A stretch of DNA of 64,000 nt from Paraspadella gotoi (lineage: Eukaryota > Animalia > Chaetognatha): positions 3,281,436-3,345,435 of the forward strand of contig CM119270.1 of NCBI GenBank assembly GCA_051294375.1. The letters are read 5' to 3'. Positions 1 to 12,707 of this stretch are shown here, one piece after another. The notes under the pieces were generated by a model, which saw only the letters and a list, made by a program, of their open reading frames with translations, had not been told where the DNA came from and ran no database searches. Every line of letters starts with the position of its first letter. Positions within the stretch are counted from its first letter, which is position 1. Made by a program: the position numbers and the translations under genes.

Positions 1-43
1 TTATCAGACTTAACCTTAGAGTTATTATTTCCAACCAGTCCTT

Positions 44-155
44 CCTGGACTTCAGTCTCTCCCGGACTTAGGCGTTTTCAGTCTCTCCTGGACTTAGGCG
101 TTTTCAGTCTCTCCTGGACTTAGGCGTTTTCAGTCTCTCCTGGACTTAGGCGTTT
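44..155. repeat. 26-bp tandem repeat (about 4 copies)
   Basis: Unit ctggacttaggcgttttcagtctctc is repeated head to tail. Confidence 0.85.
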
Positions 156-1037
156 TTCCAGTATCTTTTCCAGCCGGACAGAATTTCCCCTTACACTTCA
201 GAGGGTCTCAATTGACTCCTGACCTTATATAAGCAGATTTTGGTCACGTGATTTCTCCTCTGGAATTGGCTTTAACCTTCTCCTAACTGCCCTTTTGTTT
301 TTAGCCATTTCCCTCTTTTGCTCAAAGGTAACCTCTGCTTCATTTATAACCAATTTTTTTGCTTCTTAAGCTTTACTAAAGACCAATCCTTGCTTTTTTC
401 CTAAAGCCTATCCCTGCAATATCAATTACTAAGTAAACTAATAAAAAAGGTAGTCGCCTACTTTTTTATTTCAATTATTATTAGTTAAAAGAAGGCTTAA
501 AACGCAATAGATATAGGTTTTCATATGTTGACCTCGATATAAGTTAAAAAAATATTTTAATATTTACTGTTAATCATTTCTCGATTGAATAATACCTTAC
601 AGGAAAAAATATAGACCAACAATGTATTTTTCTTAAACTTTGTTTAAAAATGTAAAAAAGCTTTATGCATTTGGTAACCCTATCAAATTATAATATCCTA
701 CAATTAATCAAACCCAAGTTAAAAGTTAAAATGATATCTGAATCCAAGTTTGCCTTAATCTTTAAAATCATGACGAATTATATTTCGAAACATTTCATTG
801 GTTTAATGATCGAGTTATTTGCTTCCAATTCTGGTTCTGGTCTCTTATTGGCTAATTCAGTATTAGCAAAGAAGCTCTTTCTATTGGTCGTAAATCTTGA
901 TTAATTTGATAAAAAAAAACAATATATGCTAATTGAGTTATATTAAAATCGGCTTTTGAAAAACTATTTAAAAATACTTATTTAAAAAAAAATTTAAAAA
1001 ATATTACTTAATTACCCTAACTTTAAACCCTCTTTAC

Positions 1038-1638
1038 TAGAGTGATGTGAAAATGATAAAATTTTAGAAAATTAAAATTTAGCATATAAAACATGAACAT
1101 AAAAACCAATAAAAATATTTTGGTAAATTTATTTTTTAATTTTATACATTAATGGGCACCAATAAGCTATATTTATATATAGTATTAAATATATAATAAG
1201 CTAAAATTTCAAAATGCAAATTTTTAAATTTTAAGATCGGATTTGAATTCCTTGCAAAAAGTTAATATAAGAAAGTATAATTCTTTTTTAAAAATTATTT
1301 TATTAAGTTAGTCAAATGTAAAAAACTATATTTAAAATGTTGAATTGTAATTTTTAACTTAAAAATTTTTTTTATATTTTTAACCAACTTAATGATATAA
1401 TTTTTAAAAAAATTTATGAAAAAATTTATATTTTTTTATCAACTTTTTATAAGGAATCTCAGAATTAAAAAAAAATCATTTTAAAATTTTGACATTATAT
1501 AAGGGTAATTCTATATACAAAATAAGTTGACTGGGCTACTATATTTATAAAAAAAAATAACTACAGATTAGTATTCATTAATATGATAGTTTTCAAGATA
1601 TAACTTAAATTTTGATTCCAAACTTTCACTTCACCCTA
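1038..1638. mobile_element. Non-autonomous hAT-type MITE
   Basis: TIRs tagagtgatgtgaaa (1038) and tttcacttcacccta (ends 1638). Perfect 8-bp TSD CTCTTTAC at 1030-1037 and 1639-1646. AT-rich non-coding interior. Confidence 0.88.
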
Positions 1639-1965
1639 CTCTTTACCCTAACCACCCTTAACCTTAAACCACTTCTAAACCATCTTTAACCCTAACCCCT
1701 CCCTAACTCCGATCGGCGAAAGTAAAAGTAACCCAAATCAAGAAATCAATAACTTTAATTTTTTTAATTTTTGCAAAGCAATGAAAAATAAAATTAAGAC
1801 ATTTTTTTTGTTAAGATTTACAAGTGCAGGATTTAATTGTTGCATTCCCGCTTGTTATTTTCCTGTCGTAGTTTTGATCAGATCATATTCATAATTTAAT
1901 CTCTTGTAACACTAAAAATCTTCAATCAGTCTAATCAATTATTTTCCCCCTTTTCTGTCTTCCAG

Positions 1966-2466
1966 GGCAAACGCGTGCTCGTCGAGCCGATGAGCCCGCG
2001 GGAGCGCGTCGTCGTCGCTGCCTCCGAAGCGACGACGGTGGAGCTCATAGACGTCTTCGAGATGAAGTGGGGATACCAAGTCTACGGGATGCGGATGTTG
2101 TCGGAGGAGGAGGAATCTCCCATCTCGCGATCCTCCTCCCTCTCCTCCATCGCCTCCTCCGAGGACGCCGCCGCCGCCTCCCGCCTCAACTTCGCCTTCG
2201 TGACGCTCGCCAAAGACTCTCGCCATTCCGTCCACGATCGGCGATTCTACAAAATCGACCGAGATTATCACATCTTCAAGAAGATGAAAGTGGACGGAGT
2301 GGCGGACGAGGAGATTGAGCGCGCGTTGGCGGCGCGGATTTGGGAGGCGGCGAGCATTTCGACGACGCCGCCGCCGGAGCCGTCCTCGGAGGTGGTCAAG
2401 AAGTGCCACGGCGATTGCATCGTCATTTCGTTAGAACCCTCAATCTGGTGCCTCTGTACTTCGTAG
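1966..2466 (+). CDS. Probable terminal coding exon of an unidentified gene whose upstream exons lie outside the window
   Basis: Polypyrimidine tract plus tccag acceptor ending 1965. GC-rich open frame GKRVLVEPMSPRE...FEMKWGYQVYG...IWCLCTS* in AT-rich flanks. No family recognised. Confidence 0.7.
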   Translation, partial: GKRVLVEPMSPRERVVVAASEATTVELIDVFEMKWGYQVYGMRMLSEEEESPISRSSSLSSIASSEDAAAASRLNFAFVTLAKDSRHSVHDRRFYKIDRDYHIFKKMKVDGVADEEIERALAARIWEAASISTTPPPEPSSEVVKKCHGDCIVISLEPSIWCLCTS

Positions 2467-3499
2467 AAACTAGGCTTAAGGGCATCAGATTGAGGGGTGT
2501 AGTTTTTATTGATTGTAGTTATTTAGACGTAGTTCTTCTTGATTGTAGTTTATTGTTATGATTTATGTTTGTTGATATTCCTGTTATTTCATGTTCCTTT
2601 TTATTAACGTTAATACATCGTAGTCTAGTTAAAAATCCAAACTTGTTTTCTTACTTTAAAATTACAGTAAGATTCATTATGCGTAATTCGTAGCAGGGTT
2701 CCAATTGTATCTTCCGATGTTTAAAAAATTCAAAAAGCAAATAAAAAAATTTTAAAAGAGAATAATTAGCATAGAGAAATATTTTTGTGAAAAACGGCAG
2801 CTTTTTTTATGGACCAAAAAAATGTACACATTTCGTCCTTGTAATAATTTTATCTCTACTTCTAATTCAAACTCAAATAAAAGAAAAGAATAATATCGCA
2901 ATGAAAGAAAAAAAAAACACTTGAAAATATATTTTTTTTTACCAAGAAAAAGAAATAAAAACTTAACATGAAATAACAAAATACCTAAGTATATACGTAT
3001 GAGGATGTTATCCAATTCGCCAAGCTTTAGTCCTGACTCTGTAGGAAAACGGTTTGTTCCTTTTTCGAAATTCTTTACGGTCAATTGGACTTGGTCGCAT
3101 CCAGCCAATCAAGAACGAGAGGTGAGAAATGATGACTATCTCACGTTTTCGGAATGCGAGATGAAATCGCGCGGCCAAACACGGATACGAAAGTATTCAT
3201 TTTTGACTTTTAAAAACTCCGGCCCAAATTTAAAATACTAATAATTAAAAGTATAATTGTTGAAGTTATATAAGATAAATAATTGCCTAGCGATATATTA
3301 TATGAAAAAATAAAGAAACGAATGAATTAAGTGATAAAAAAAAAGAATATATAAACAACTTTATTTATTAAAAATAAATTTAAATACTAGTAACTAAATA
3401 CCGCGCGCTCAACCAGTCACGTGACGAACCCGCCCATTAAGCCTTAAGTCTTAAGTTAAGGAAAACAAATTTCGTGTTATTAAATTTATAAACCATTCT

Positions 3500-4190
3500 T
3501 TAACTTTAAGCCTAAACCTTAACCTTAAACCTTGATCCTTAATTTTCAACTCTTACCACTAACTTATTCACTAACCTCTAACCTTGATCACTAACTTAAT
3601 CACTAACCTCTAACTTTGAACGCTAGTGCCTAACCTTAATCCCTAACTTAATCACTAACCTCTAACCTTGATCAATAACTTAATCACTAACCTCTAACCT
3701 TAATCACTAACTTAATCACTAAACTCTCACCTTAAACGCTAACTTAATCACTAACCTCTCACCTCTCACCTTAAACGCTAGTGCCTAACCTTAATCACTA
3801 ACTTAATCACCAACCTCTCACCTTAAAAGCAGTGCCTAACCTTAATCACTAACTTAATCACCAACCTCTCAACTTAAACGCTAGTGCCTAACCTTAATCA
3901 CTAACATAATCACTAACCTCTCACCTTAAACGCTAGTTCCTAACCTTAATCACTAACTTAATCACTAACCTCTCACCTTAAAAGCTAGTGCCTAACCTTA
4001 ATCACTAACTTAATCACTAACCTCTCACCTTAAACGCTAGTACCTAACCTTAATCACTAACCTCTCACATTAAACGCTAGTGCCTAACCTTGATCACTTA
4101 ATTAATCACTAACCTAATTTTTAGCTAAAAAAATTAAACTATTTCCTAATTTAAGATGAAGTCGGACGTTCTGGGAAAATAAGTCCCAAA
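3500..4190. repeat. Higher-order (TAACCT/TAATCAC) minisatellite, ~52-bp unit, ending in a dispersed TIR-like motif
   Basis: Repeats of taaccttaatcactaacttaatcactaacctctcaccttaaacgctagtgcc, followed by ggacgttctgggaaaataagtccc (4164-4187). Similar motifs occur at 7522, 13390 and 50394. Confidence 0.8.
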
Positions 4191-4619
4191 TGACCTTTCC
4201 CGTATATCCGCTAAATAGACCTTATTTTACGAGCGTTGGAGTCAAAAGCCAGAGTCGAAGCGGCCCCTCTCTCTTTAATGGCAATTGCATTGCGGTTCAT
4301 TATAATTGACGGAACTACCAAAATTCTGACGATTCCAACAGTCATATTTGTCAAAAGCTGTAATTTAAAACTGGTCAGCCCTACCAACAGTTTTATCGAT
4401 TCTTTCGCTAATTAAACATCTCTTGTTTCCTTTCCGCCAGAAAAAAAAATAATTATCGATGCGTGGGCGAGTTATTGGCGGGACCGTGGATAGAAGAACC
4501 ATAGTTTTTTTTGTCCCCATTGACACATTTTTTACTCGCTTCAACCTGTTACCGTACCTGATCCCTCCAACCAGGCTTCCCCGTTTTCCTTCTTACCCCC
4601 GCCCTCCGGACCTCGCCAT

Positions 4620-5583
4620 TAGAGCGTTGAAAAATCAACAAATCAAGTGAGGAACATAGCTATTTTAGTGTAATGTAGTCTGTAGAATTCGATGGTGATG
4701 ACCATTTTTTTGTATAATTTTATCTTTCTTGTCGAAAATAAGGATTTTTAATGTATATAAAATTATTAAAATCATTATAAGTTATGATAAATCAAATTAT
4801 TAAAATTGTATAAAATTTATATGAGCTTTTGAAATATAAAAATAAAGATTTATAAAAATATTTTGATAAGTTTATTTCTAAATTTTATGTTTTATTAAAA
4901 GTTATTTAACTATATTTATTAATAATTATGAGTAAAAATTGGGCTAAAGTTAAAAAATAATAATTTCAAAATTTTTTTCATAGATTTGCATTCTTTCCAA
5001 AATTTGATATAAGAAAATATAATTTTTATATTAAAATTAATGTCATTAAGTTGGTCAAATTCATAAAAAACTATAATTTTAAGCCAAAAATTGAAAAATT
5101 AAACAAAAATAATAGTTGTTAATATTTTAACCTACTTAATGAAAGAATTTTTTAAAATGGATTATATTTTCTTATATCAACTTTTTGTAAGGAATTCAAA
5201 TCTGGTTTTAAAATTTTAAAATTTTTATTTTTTCACTTTAGCTTATTTTTTATTATTATTTATTAATAAATATAGTTAACAAACTATTAATATAATATAA
5301 AATTTGTAAATAAACTTACAAAATATTTATATGGGTCTTTATTTTCATATTATGTAAGTTAAATATGGCTTTTATAAAATCTTAATAATTTGAGTTTCTT
5401 ATACTCTACAATGTTTGCTCCATTTTAATAGCACCTTATATGCTGCAAAAATCGCCATTTCCGACAAAGAAGATGAGACTATACAAAAAAATGGTTATCA
5501 TCATCGAATTCTAGACTTTATTACACTAAAATAGCTATGTACCTCACTTGATTTGTTATATTTCGTTATTTTTCAACGCCCTA
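4620..5583. mobile_element. Non-autonomous hAT-type MITE with ~100-bp TIRs
   Basis: Left end tagagcgttgaaaaa..aaatcaagtgaggaacatagctattttagtgtaat..gaattcgatggtgatgaccattttttt matches the reverse complement of ~5480-5583. Perfect 8-bp TSD CTCGCCAT at 4612-4619 and 5584-5591. Interior is related to the 1038-1638 element. Confidence 0.92.
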
Positions 5584-6189
5584 CTCGCCATCCCCCCCAC
5601 CCCCCTTCGCCCATAACCCCGTCTCCTCAGCTATTGACGCGAATCCCGCTAATCCTCAGGCGAAATCCTTTCAATGGGCGTGGCTTTGTGGCTTCGTGGC
5701 TTTAGAGGGGAAGGGGGCGGAGGGGGGAGGTGGGCGAAACGAACTAATGCATGACGGGACATTAAAGGACGTAAAGTGTCATTAAAAGACAAGGAGAGAC
5801 ATGGAGTGACATGAAGGAACATGAAGGGACATAAAAAGACAAAAAGGGATACGAAAGGAAAATCCAATATCACGTGAAAAATAATGAAAACAAAACACGA
5901 TTAATTAAAAAAAAAATCCCGTTGTAAACGTCACCAATAATACGACTAGAATTTAAAAAAACTACATTCTAAACTAAATTAATTAAACTAATTATTAAAA
6001 CTCATAATTATAATAATTAAAAATATTGTTATAGACATTCCTTTGAGAAAACTATTTCCCTCAGTCATCGCTTGAGGCTTCGCTCGTTTCGCCGCGCCGC
6101 TGCTTCGCCGCTGCTTGCGCTGCGTCGGAGCAGCGGCGGAGAATTGAGGCGTCGTCGTCGCCGACTCCTTGGGGCGACTGAATGGATGG

Positions 6190-7160
6190 CGGGAAAGACG
6201 ATGGTCAAGACGACGACGACGACGATTATGGCGACGTTGACGGAGGCGATTACGACGATAACGACAATGACGACGATGACAACCATTGTAATGAGGATGA
6301 TGACAATAACGACAATGACGGCGACTACAGTACACCGCATCAAAATCGATGATGACAATGACGGCGACGACGACGATGACAACCATCGTAATGAGGATGA
6401 AGACGACGACAATATTGGGGACATCGAGGATGACAATGACGATGACAATAACGACAATGACGGCGACTACAGTACACCGCATCAAAATCGACGATGACAA
6501 TGACGGCGACGACGAAATCGCCGATTGAGAAAAAAAAATAGAAATAAATTGAATTGAAATCGTCAAAGAAGAAATTTCACAAAATTTAGTCTCAGGATTA
6601 ATAATTAATTTGATTGAGACGAAGTCAAAGTTGACGACGCAAGTCGACGATCGACGACGATGATGACGACGACAAGAAAACAACGATGTCGACGACGATA
6701 ACGACGACGATGACGACGTCGACGTCAGATGAGTCGATTAGGCGGGAAAACAACAACAAGACAAATCTCTTTCCAACGCCCAAGCGAAAATGAGTGAATA
6801 AAAAGATGAGTGAAGAAATAACAAGATGGCTGATGAGATAAAATGGCGGCGATGAATGAGGAAATAACAAGATGGCGGATGAGATAAAATGACGGCGATG
6901 AATGAGGAAATAACAAGATGGAGGATGAGATAAGATGGATAAAGATAAAATAAAATAGATAAAATATAATGAGGAAGAGGAGGAAGAGGAGAATGATGAA
7001 GATGCGGAGGACGAGGAGGAGGAGGAATAGGAGGAAGAGGAGGAAGAGGAGGAGAAAGAAGAGTATGAAAATGATGAGGATTAGGAGGAGGAAGAGGAGG
7101 AGGAAGAGGAGGAGGAAGAAGAGTATGCAGATAATGAGGAGGAAGAGAATGAGGAAGAGG
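6190..7160. repeat. Low-complexity (GAC/GAT)n and (GAG/GAA)n tracts with short internal duplications
   Basis: Trinucleotide runs. The ~50-bp block gatgacaataacgacaatgacggcgactacagtacaccgcatcaaaatcga is duplicated at ~6300 and ~6440, and ~47-bp repeats lie at 6805-6935. Confidence 0.75.
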
Positions 7161-7317
7161 ATCCGAGTCGGATCGACTCGGTTTGATTGATTACAATTTC
7201 AAAAGATGGCCGCTCGGTCGAGTTGGCGGCAATCTGCGGATGTTTGATGACGTCGTTGACGTGCGTCACGTGACGTCACGAGCCGTATGATGGATTAACG
7301 TTGGCAAAAAGGGAAAA

Positions 7318-7544
7318 GGGCTCTATTTTCCTAGGGCCACCTCATTTCTTTTTTTCCCAGAGCGCCCTATTTCTATTCCTTGAATCTAATTTTAAATTTA
7401 ATATTTAATCTTTATTTTAAATGTTAGAACCTAATCTCTAACCTCAATGCCAAACTCTAACCTGATTCTAATTCTAACCTAATTCTAACTTTTATCAAAT
7501 TTTAAATTTATGATTAAATGTGGCGTTCCGGGAAAACAAGGCCT
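7318..7544. mobile_element. Short TIR element with degenerate (TAACCY)n core
   Basis: Left ttttttcccagagcgcc is an imperfect inverted copy of right ggcgttccgggaaaacaaggcct, with a taacct-like core. The same layout occurs at 13185-13414. Confidence 0.55.
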
Positions 7545-9626
7545 AAAAGATGTTGAGAAACAAATCAAGAATACTGATTTGATGCATGACGTAAAATCGA
7601 CTACCATTCTCTAATATCCAATATACCTTTTAATTCCTGAAAACGAATAATAAAACTTATTTATGACTAATGATAATATCGATCCGTAGACCTTTGGGGC
7701 CAATGTCAGGCATCTTATCCTTATATCTTATCCAGAGGTTCGAGTTAAAAGAAAAAAAAAAGACTGAAAGAAAGATAAAGATGAAAAAGGTTGTCTAACC
7801 AAAGCAGACGAGAAGTGTCAGACGAGGGAAGGTCGATGATAAAGGAAGATTTTCCAGTCCATATCGTGGAGGCAACGCCTATCTTTTTTGAGAGACAGAG
7901 AGAGAGAGAGAGAGAGAGCGAGGAGAAAGTGATCTTTAGTCGCATTTCTTTTATGGTGTTCCGTGTCTTCGACGCGTCATGTTCTTCTGAGAACAGATGA
8001 GAGAGAGATGAAGAGGAGAGAGATGAGAAGAGAGAGACTGAGAGAGAGAGAAGAGAGAGAGAGATTGAGAAGAGAGACGAGATGAGATAGATGCGTAATC
8101 CGTATCCGAATTCTGAGCAGAAAAAAGCAAAAGTGGGAAAGGGTGAAGATTTGATAATATGACGACGATTTAAAAAAAAAAAGAAAAAAAAGAAAAAAAG
8201 AGAAAAAGTCTCAGGAGCGATTTTCTTTCCCAAGTCGATGGATGAAGGGAAAACAAAACAAAACAAAACAAAACAAAATGAAAAAAAAAGAAACGAGACA
8301 AAGAATAAAAGATTTGAGTTTTTCTATTCTCTCTTTTTCTATTAATTCCTCTCTTTTTTCTTTTCTTTACACTTCTCTTTTTTTCTTTTCTTTTTTATTA
8401 TCTTCAGACTTTTCTCTTCCCTCTTTTCTTTTTTTTCTTATTTCCTACGTTCTTATTCAATTTCCTAAGAATTTATTGCTTTATACTCTTTAATAATTAA
8501 TTTCATTTTCGTTCATTTTGTTACCGTCTTTTTTTCTGCTTTATTTCTCTTTTTCCAATTTCTTTTCTCTAAACTCTCACCATCTCTCATTCTTCCCTCT
8601 CTTCCTCACTTTTCTCTCCTTCCTTTCCTTTCTCCTCTCTTTCCTTTCTCCCCTCCCTCTCTCCTCTCTCCTTCCTTTCTTTTCTCCTCTCTTCCCTTTC
8701 TTCCCTCCCTCTCTCCTCACTCCTTTCTTTCTTTTCTCTTCCCCTCCTTTCCTTTCCTCCTCTTCCTCTTCCTTCTCCGGCAACAACCACTTCAGACGCC
8801 TTTCAAAGAGAAGCGGAGAAAGGCGCACTGCGGTCTCTCTCTCTCTCTCTTTNNNNNNNNNNNNNNNNNNNNNNNNNNNNNNNNNNNNNNNNNNNNNNNN
8901 NNNNNNNNNNNNNNNNNNNNNNNNNNNNNNNNNNNNNNNNNNNNNNNNNNNNNNNNNNNNNNNNNNNNNNNNNNNNNNNNNNNNNNNNNNNNNNNNNNNN
9001 NNNNNNNNNNNNNNNNNNNNNNNNNNNNNNNNNNNNNNNNNNNNNNNNNNNNNNNNNNNNNNNNNNNNNNNNNNNNNNNNNNNNNNNNNNNNNNNNNNNN
9101 NNNNNNNNNNNNNNNNNNNNNNNNNNNNNNNNNNNNNNNNNNNNNNNNNNNNNNNNNNNNNNNNNNNNNNNNNNNNNNNNNNNNNNNNNNNNNNNNNNNN
9201 NNNNNNNNNNNNNNNNNNNNNNNNNNNNNNNNNNNNNNNNNNNNNNNNNNNNNNNNNNNNNNNNNNNNNNNNNNNNNNNNNNNNNNNNNNNNNNNNNNNN
9301 NNNNNNNNNGAGAGAGAGAGAGAGAGAGAACAAAAACGCGCCTTTACCGAAATATTGCAGTTTTTTGCATGTTTGGGCGCAAAATCTTTGACAGTGACGG
9401 ATCGAAAGATGATTTATAAGAAACTGAATCCTGAACTGAAGTTTCATGCAACTCCACCTCTAGTATAAATGCGCGGAGACTTATTCATTTTGCCTATTTA
9501 ATACTTTTTAATGTTAGCATTTGATGAAATATTTCAAACTTTTGAAACCACTGAAGCAAAGATTGTTTGAAACCTCACTCTTGAAGGATTTTTCAAAATT
9601 CTAACTAGTCAATCAATCAATAAATT

Positions 9627-9666
<40 letters not shown>

Positions 9667-9674
9667 TATCAATC

Positions 9675-9716
<42 letters not shown>

Positions 9717-9917
9717 TTTAGGTTTCTCTCGCTTCTAACAATCAATAACCTCTATACCTATTCAACCTTCTCTTATGACTCGAATATTTTTTTTATCCCA
9801 AAATCTCATTTGAATTTCCTAGTCTTTCAAATGAATGACCAACTCACCTCTTCTTCCCCCCCCAATACCAATTCTTCCCTCTTTCACCCCCGCCCTCCCC
9901 CACCAAAAAATTTCCAG

Positions 9918-10075
9918 ATCGAATCGGAAGAGAATCGCATCGTTTTGTCGGAGATCGAGACTCACATTCATAACCTCACGCGGCATTTCCAGCTCCTGCA
10001 GTATCAGACGACGCAGTACCGCACCAGCCTCGATTCCAAGATGGACGGCAACGCCTTTGAGAACGGCCAGTTGAG
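9918..10075 (+). CDS. Probable upstream coiled-coil-like exon of the pentraxin-domain gene
   Basis: ttccag acceptor and gtgagg donor. IESEENRIVLSEIETHIHNLTRHFQLLQYQTTQYRTSLDSKMDG has a heptad-like hydrophobic pattern. Phase does not join 12918 directly, so an exon probably lies in the N-gaps. Confidence 0.65.
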
Positions 10076-10257
10076 GTGAGGGGGAGGAGGTGGGGAGAGA
10101 GAGGGTAAAGAAGAGGGGGTAGAGGTGGGGAGGGCGAGAGATTCCTTTTAATAATCTGAATGAAAAAAAAAAACCCATTAGGAATGAAGTCGACGTAATC
10201 TTACCTTCCAACCGTCCACACTGACATCTGCTCTAGGGATTAACGGGATTATTTCGG

Positions 10258-10350
10258 TTTTTAGTTGCGCCGCGAGTACACGCGGAGTCGTCACTTTTCG
10301 GTCGGTCTGTCGGTCCGTCGGTTTGTCCCACTTACGTTAAAAATGCATAT
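10258..10350 (+). mobile_element. Helentron/DINE-1-like (HINE) element end
   Basis: tttttagttgcg, a short hairpin (ccgcgagtacacgcgg), cacttttcggtc and GTCG/GTCT/GTCC repeats. Same order as the reverse complement of 55200-55430. Confidence 0.5.
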
Positions 10351-12128
10351 AATTTACTTATGGTTGGTTGCTCATTTGTTAAGATAGAAAAAAAACCTCA
10401 AATCTAAGGGACTGCTAGCGCCGCCTTCGGGAATTCCTAAAACTATAAGGAATAAAAGAAGGAATTTTGATGCAGTGCATGTCATAGATACACGAACAAA
10501 GAAACTTTTTTAGCCATGTCACGTCATGTCATATCATGTGATCAAAGGGAAATACACGTGAAAATAAAGTCACTGCGGCGCAACACATTGGAATCACCGT
10601 TCTCGTTTTTCTTTAATTTTGTCTTTGTTCCTGATTCCATTTTTAATTCCGCTTCTCTTCAATAGACCAACGAGCCTGTTATCTTTTTCATCTCTTTTTC
10701 CTTTCTATTCTATTTTCTCTCTTTTTTCTCTTTTCTTTTTCCTTTCTATTCTATTTTTTTCCTTCTTTCTCCTTTCTTTTTCCTTTCAATTCCAATTTCT
10801 CTCTTCTTTCTCCTCTATTTTTCCTTTCTATTCCAATTTCTCTTTTCTTTCTCCTTTCTTTTTCCTTTCTATTTCAATTTCTCTTTTCTTTCTCCTTTCT
10901 TTTTCCTTTCTACTCAACTTTCTCTTTTCTTTATATTTTCTTACTCCTTTCTATACTTATTTCTTTTCTTTCTCTTTCCTTTTTCCTCTCTATTTCATTT
11001 CCTCTCTTTTTCTTTTCTTTTTCCTCTCTATTTCAATTCCTCTTATTTCTTTTCTTTCCCCCCCTCTCTTTTTCCAATTTTTTCTTCTCATCGCAAAATC
11101 TCGCAGGAATTTCTCTCGCCTTTTTCCTTCTATTTTTTCTCACTGAATTAATCTAATNNNNNNNNNNNNNNNNNNNNNNNNNNNNNNNNNNNNNNNNNNN
11201 NNNNNNNNNNNNNNNNNNNNNNNNNNNNNNNNNNNNNNNNNNNNNNNNNNNNNNNNNNNNNNNNNNNNNNNNNNNNNNNNNNNNNNNNNNNNNNNNNNNN
11301 NNNNNNNNNNNNNNNNNNNNNNNNNNNNNNNNNNNNNNNNNNNNNNNNNNNNNNNNNNNNNNNNNNNNNNNNNNNNNNNNNNNNNNNNNNNNNNNNNNNN
11401 NNNNNNNNNNNNNNNNNNNNNNNNNNNNNNNNNNNNNNNNNNNNNNNNNNNNNNNNNNNNNNNNNNNNNNNNNNNNNNNNNNNNNNNNNNNNNNNNNNNN
11501 NNNNNNNNNNNNNNNNNNNNNNNNNNNNNNNNNNNNNNNNNNNNNNNNNNNNNNNNNNNNNNNNNNNNNNNNNNNNNNNNNNNNNNNNNNNNNNNNNNNN
11601 NNNNNNNNNNNNNNNNNNNNNNNNNNNNNNNNNNNNNNNNNNNNNNNNNNNNNNNNNNNNNNNNNNNNNNNNNNNNNNNNNNNNNNNNNNNNNNNNNNNN
11701 NNNNNNNNNNNNNNNNNNNNNNNNNNNNNNNNNNNNNNNNNNNNNNNNNNNNNNNNNAGAAAGGAGGGAGGAAGGGGGAAGGAAAGGGAAGGGAGGGTGG
11801 AGAGGAAAGAGAGAAGGAAGGATGAAGGAAGTAGAGTAGAGAGTAGAGAGGAAAAGGGAGGAGAGAGGAAGAAGAGAAAAAAGATAAGGATAATGGAGGA
11901 AAAAGGAAAGAATATCAAAGAAAGAGAATTAAAGACAATAATAATTATTAGAATTCGATAAAAGATATGAAATAATAAAAATTTTGTAGGAAATAAAATA
12001 TTAGCTAAAAATGAAAAATGAAAAAAATTATGGACGATCGAAAGATGAACGACCGCGAGAAAAAGACAAAGAAGAAATCTGAAAGATGAAACGAGTCTTA
12101 CAAATTCGAGTCAGACCGAAATTCAATC

Positions 12129-12180
<52 letters not shown>

Positions 12181-12675
12181 CCAACCATATCATTCAGTCG
12201 AACCGCTGAAGAATTAAAAAAAAAGGTGAGATGGAATAAAGAAAGAAAAAAATGATGGAAAGCAAGAACGGAGAGCGTTAGAGACTGAGAATCGAGTAGC
12301 GCGAAAGGAGGAAAGGAAAGGAAAGGNNNNNNNNNNNNNNNNNNNNNNNNNNNNNNNNNNNNNNNNNNNNNNNNNNNNNNNNNNNNNNNNNNNNNNNNNN
12401 NNNNNNNNNNNNNNNNNNNNNNNNNNNNNNNNNNNNNNNNNNNNNNNNNNNNNNNNNNNNNNNNNNNNNNNNNNNNNNNNNNNNNNNNNNNNNNNNNNNN
12501 NNNNNNNNNNNNNNNNNNNNNNNNNNNNNNNNNNNNNNNNNNNNNNNNNNNNNNNNNNNNAAGGAAAGGAGGAAAGGAAAGGATTTAATGAATACGAAAA
12601 GCGAGAGATGACGGAGAAAATGAATTCATCCAGCGTTGAAGCGGAATGAGGTCATAATTAAGGCTAAGGGACCGA

Positions 12676-12707
<32 letters not shown>

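Noticed and set aside
3500-4120. Telomere or interstitial telomeric array
   Set aside because: Units are degenerate TAACCT/TAATCAC higher-order repeats tied to a dispersed end motif, not clean (TTAGGG)n or (TTAGG)n.
7790-7890. Possible small exon
   Set aside because: No convincing pair of splice sites and no recognisable peptide on either strand.
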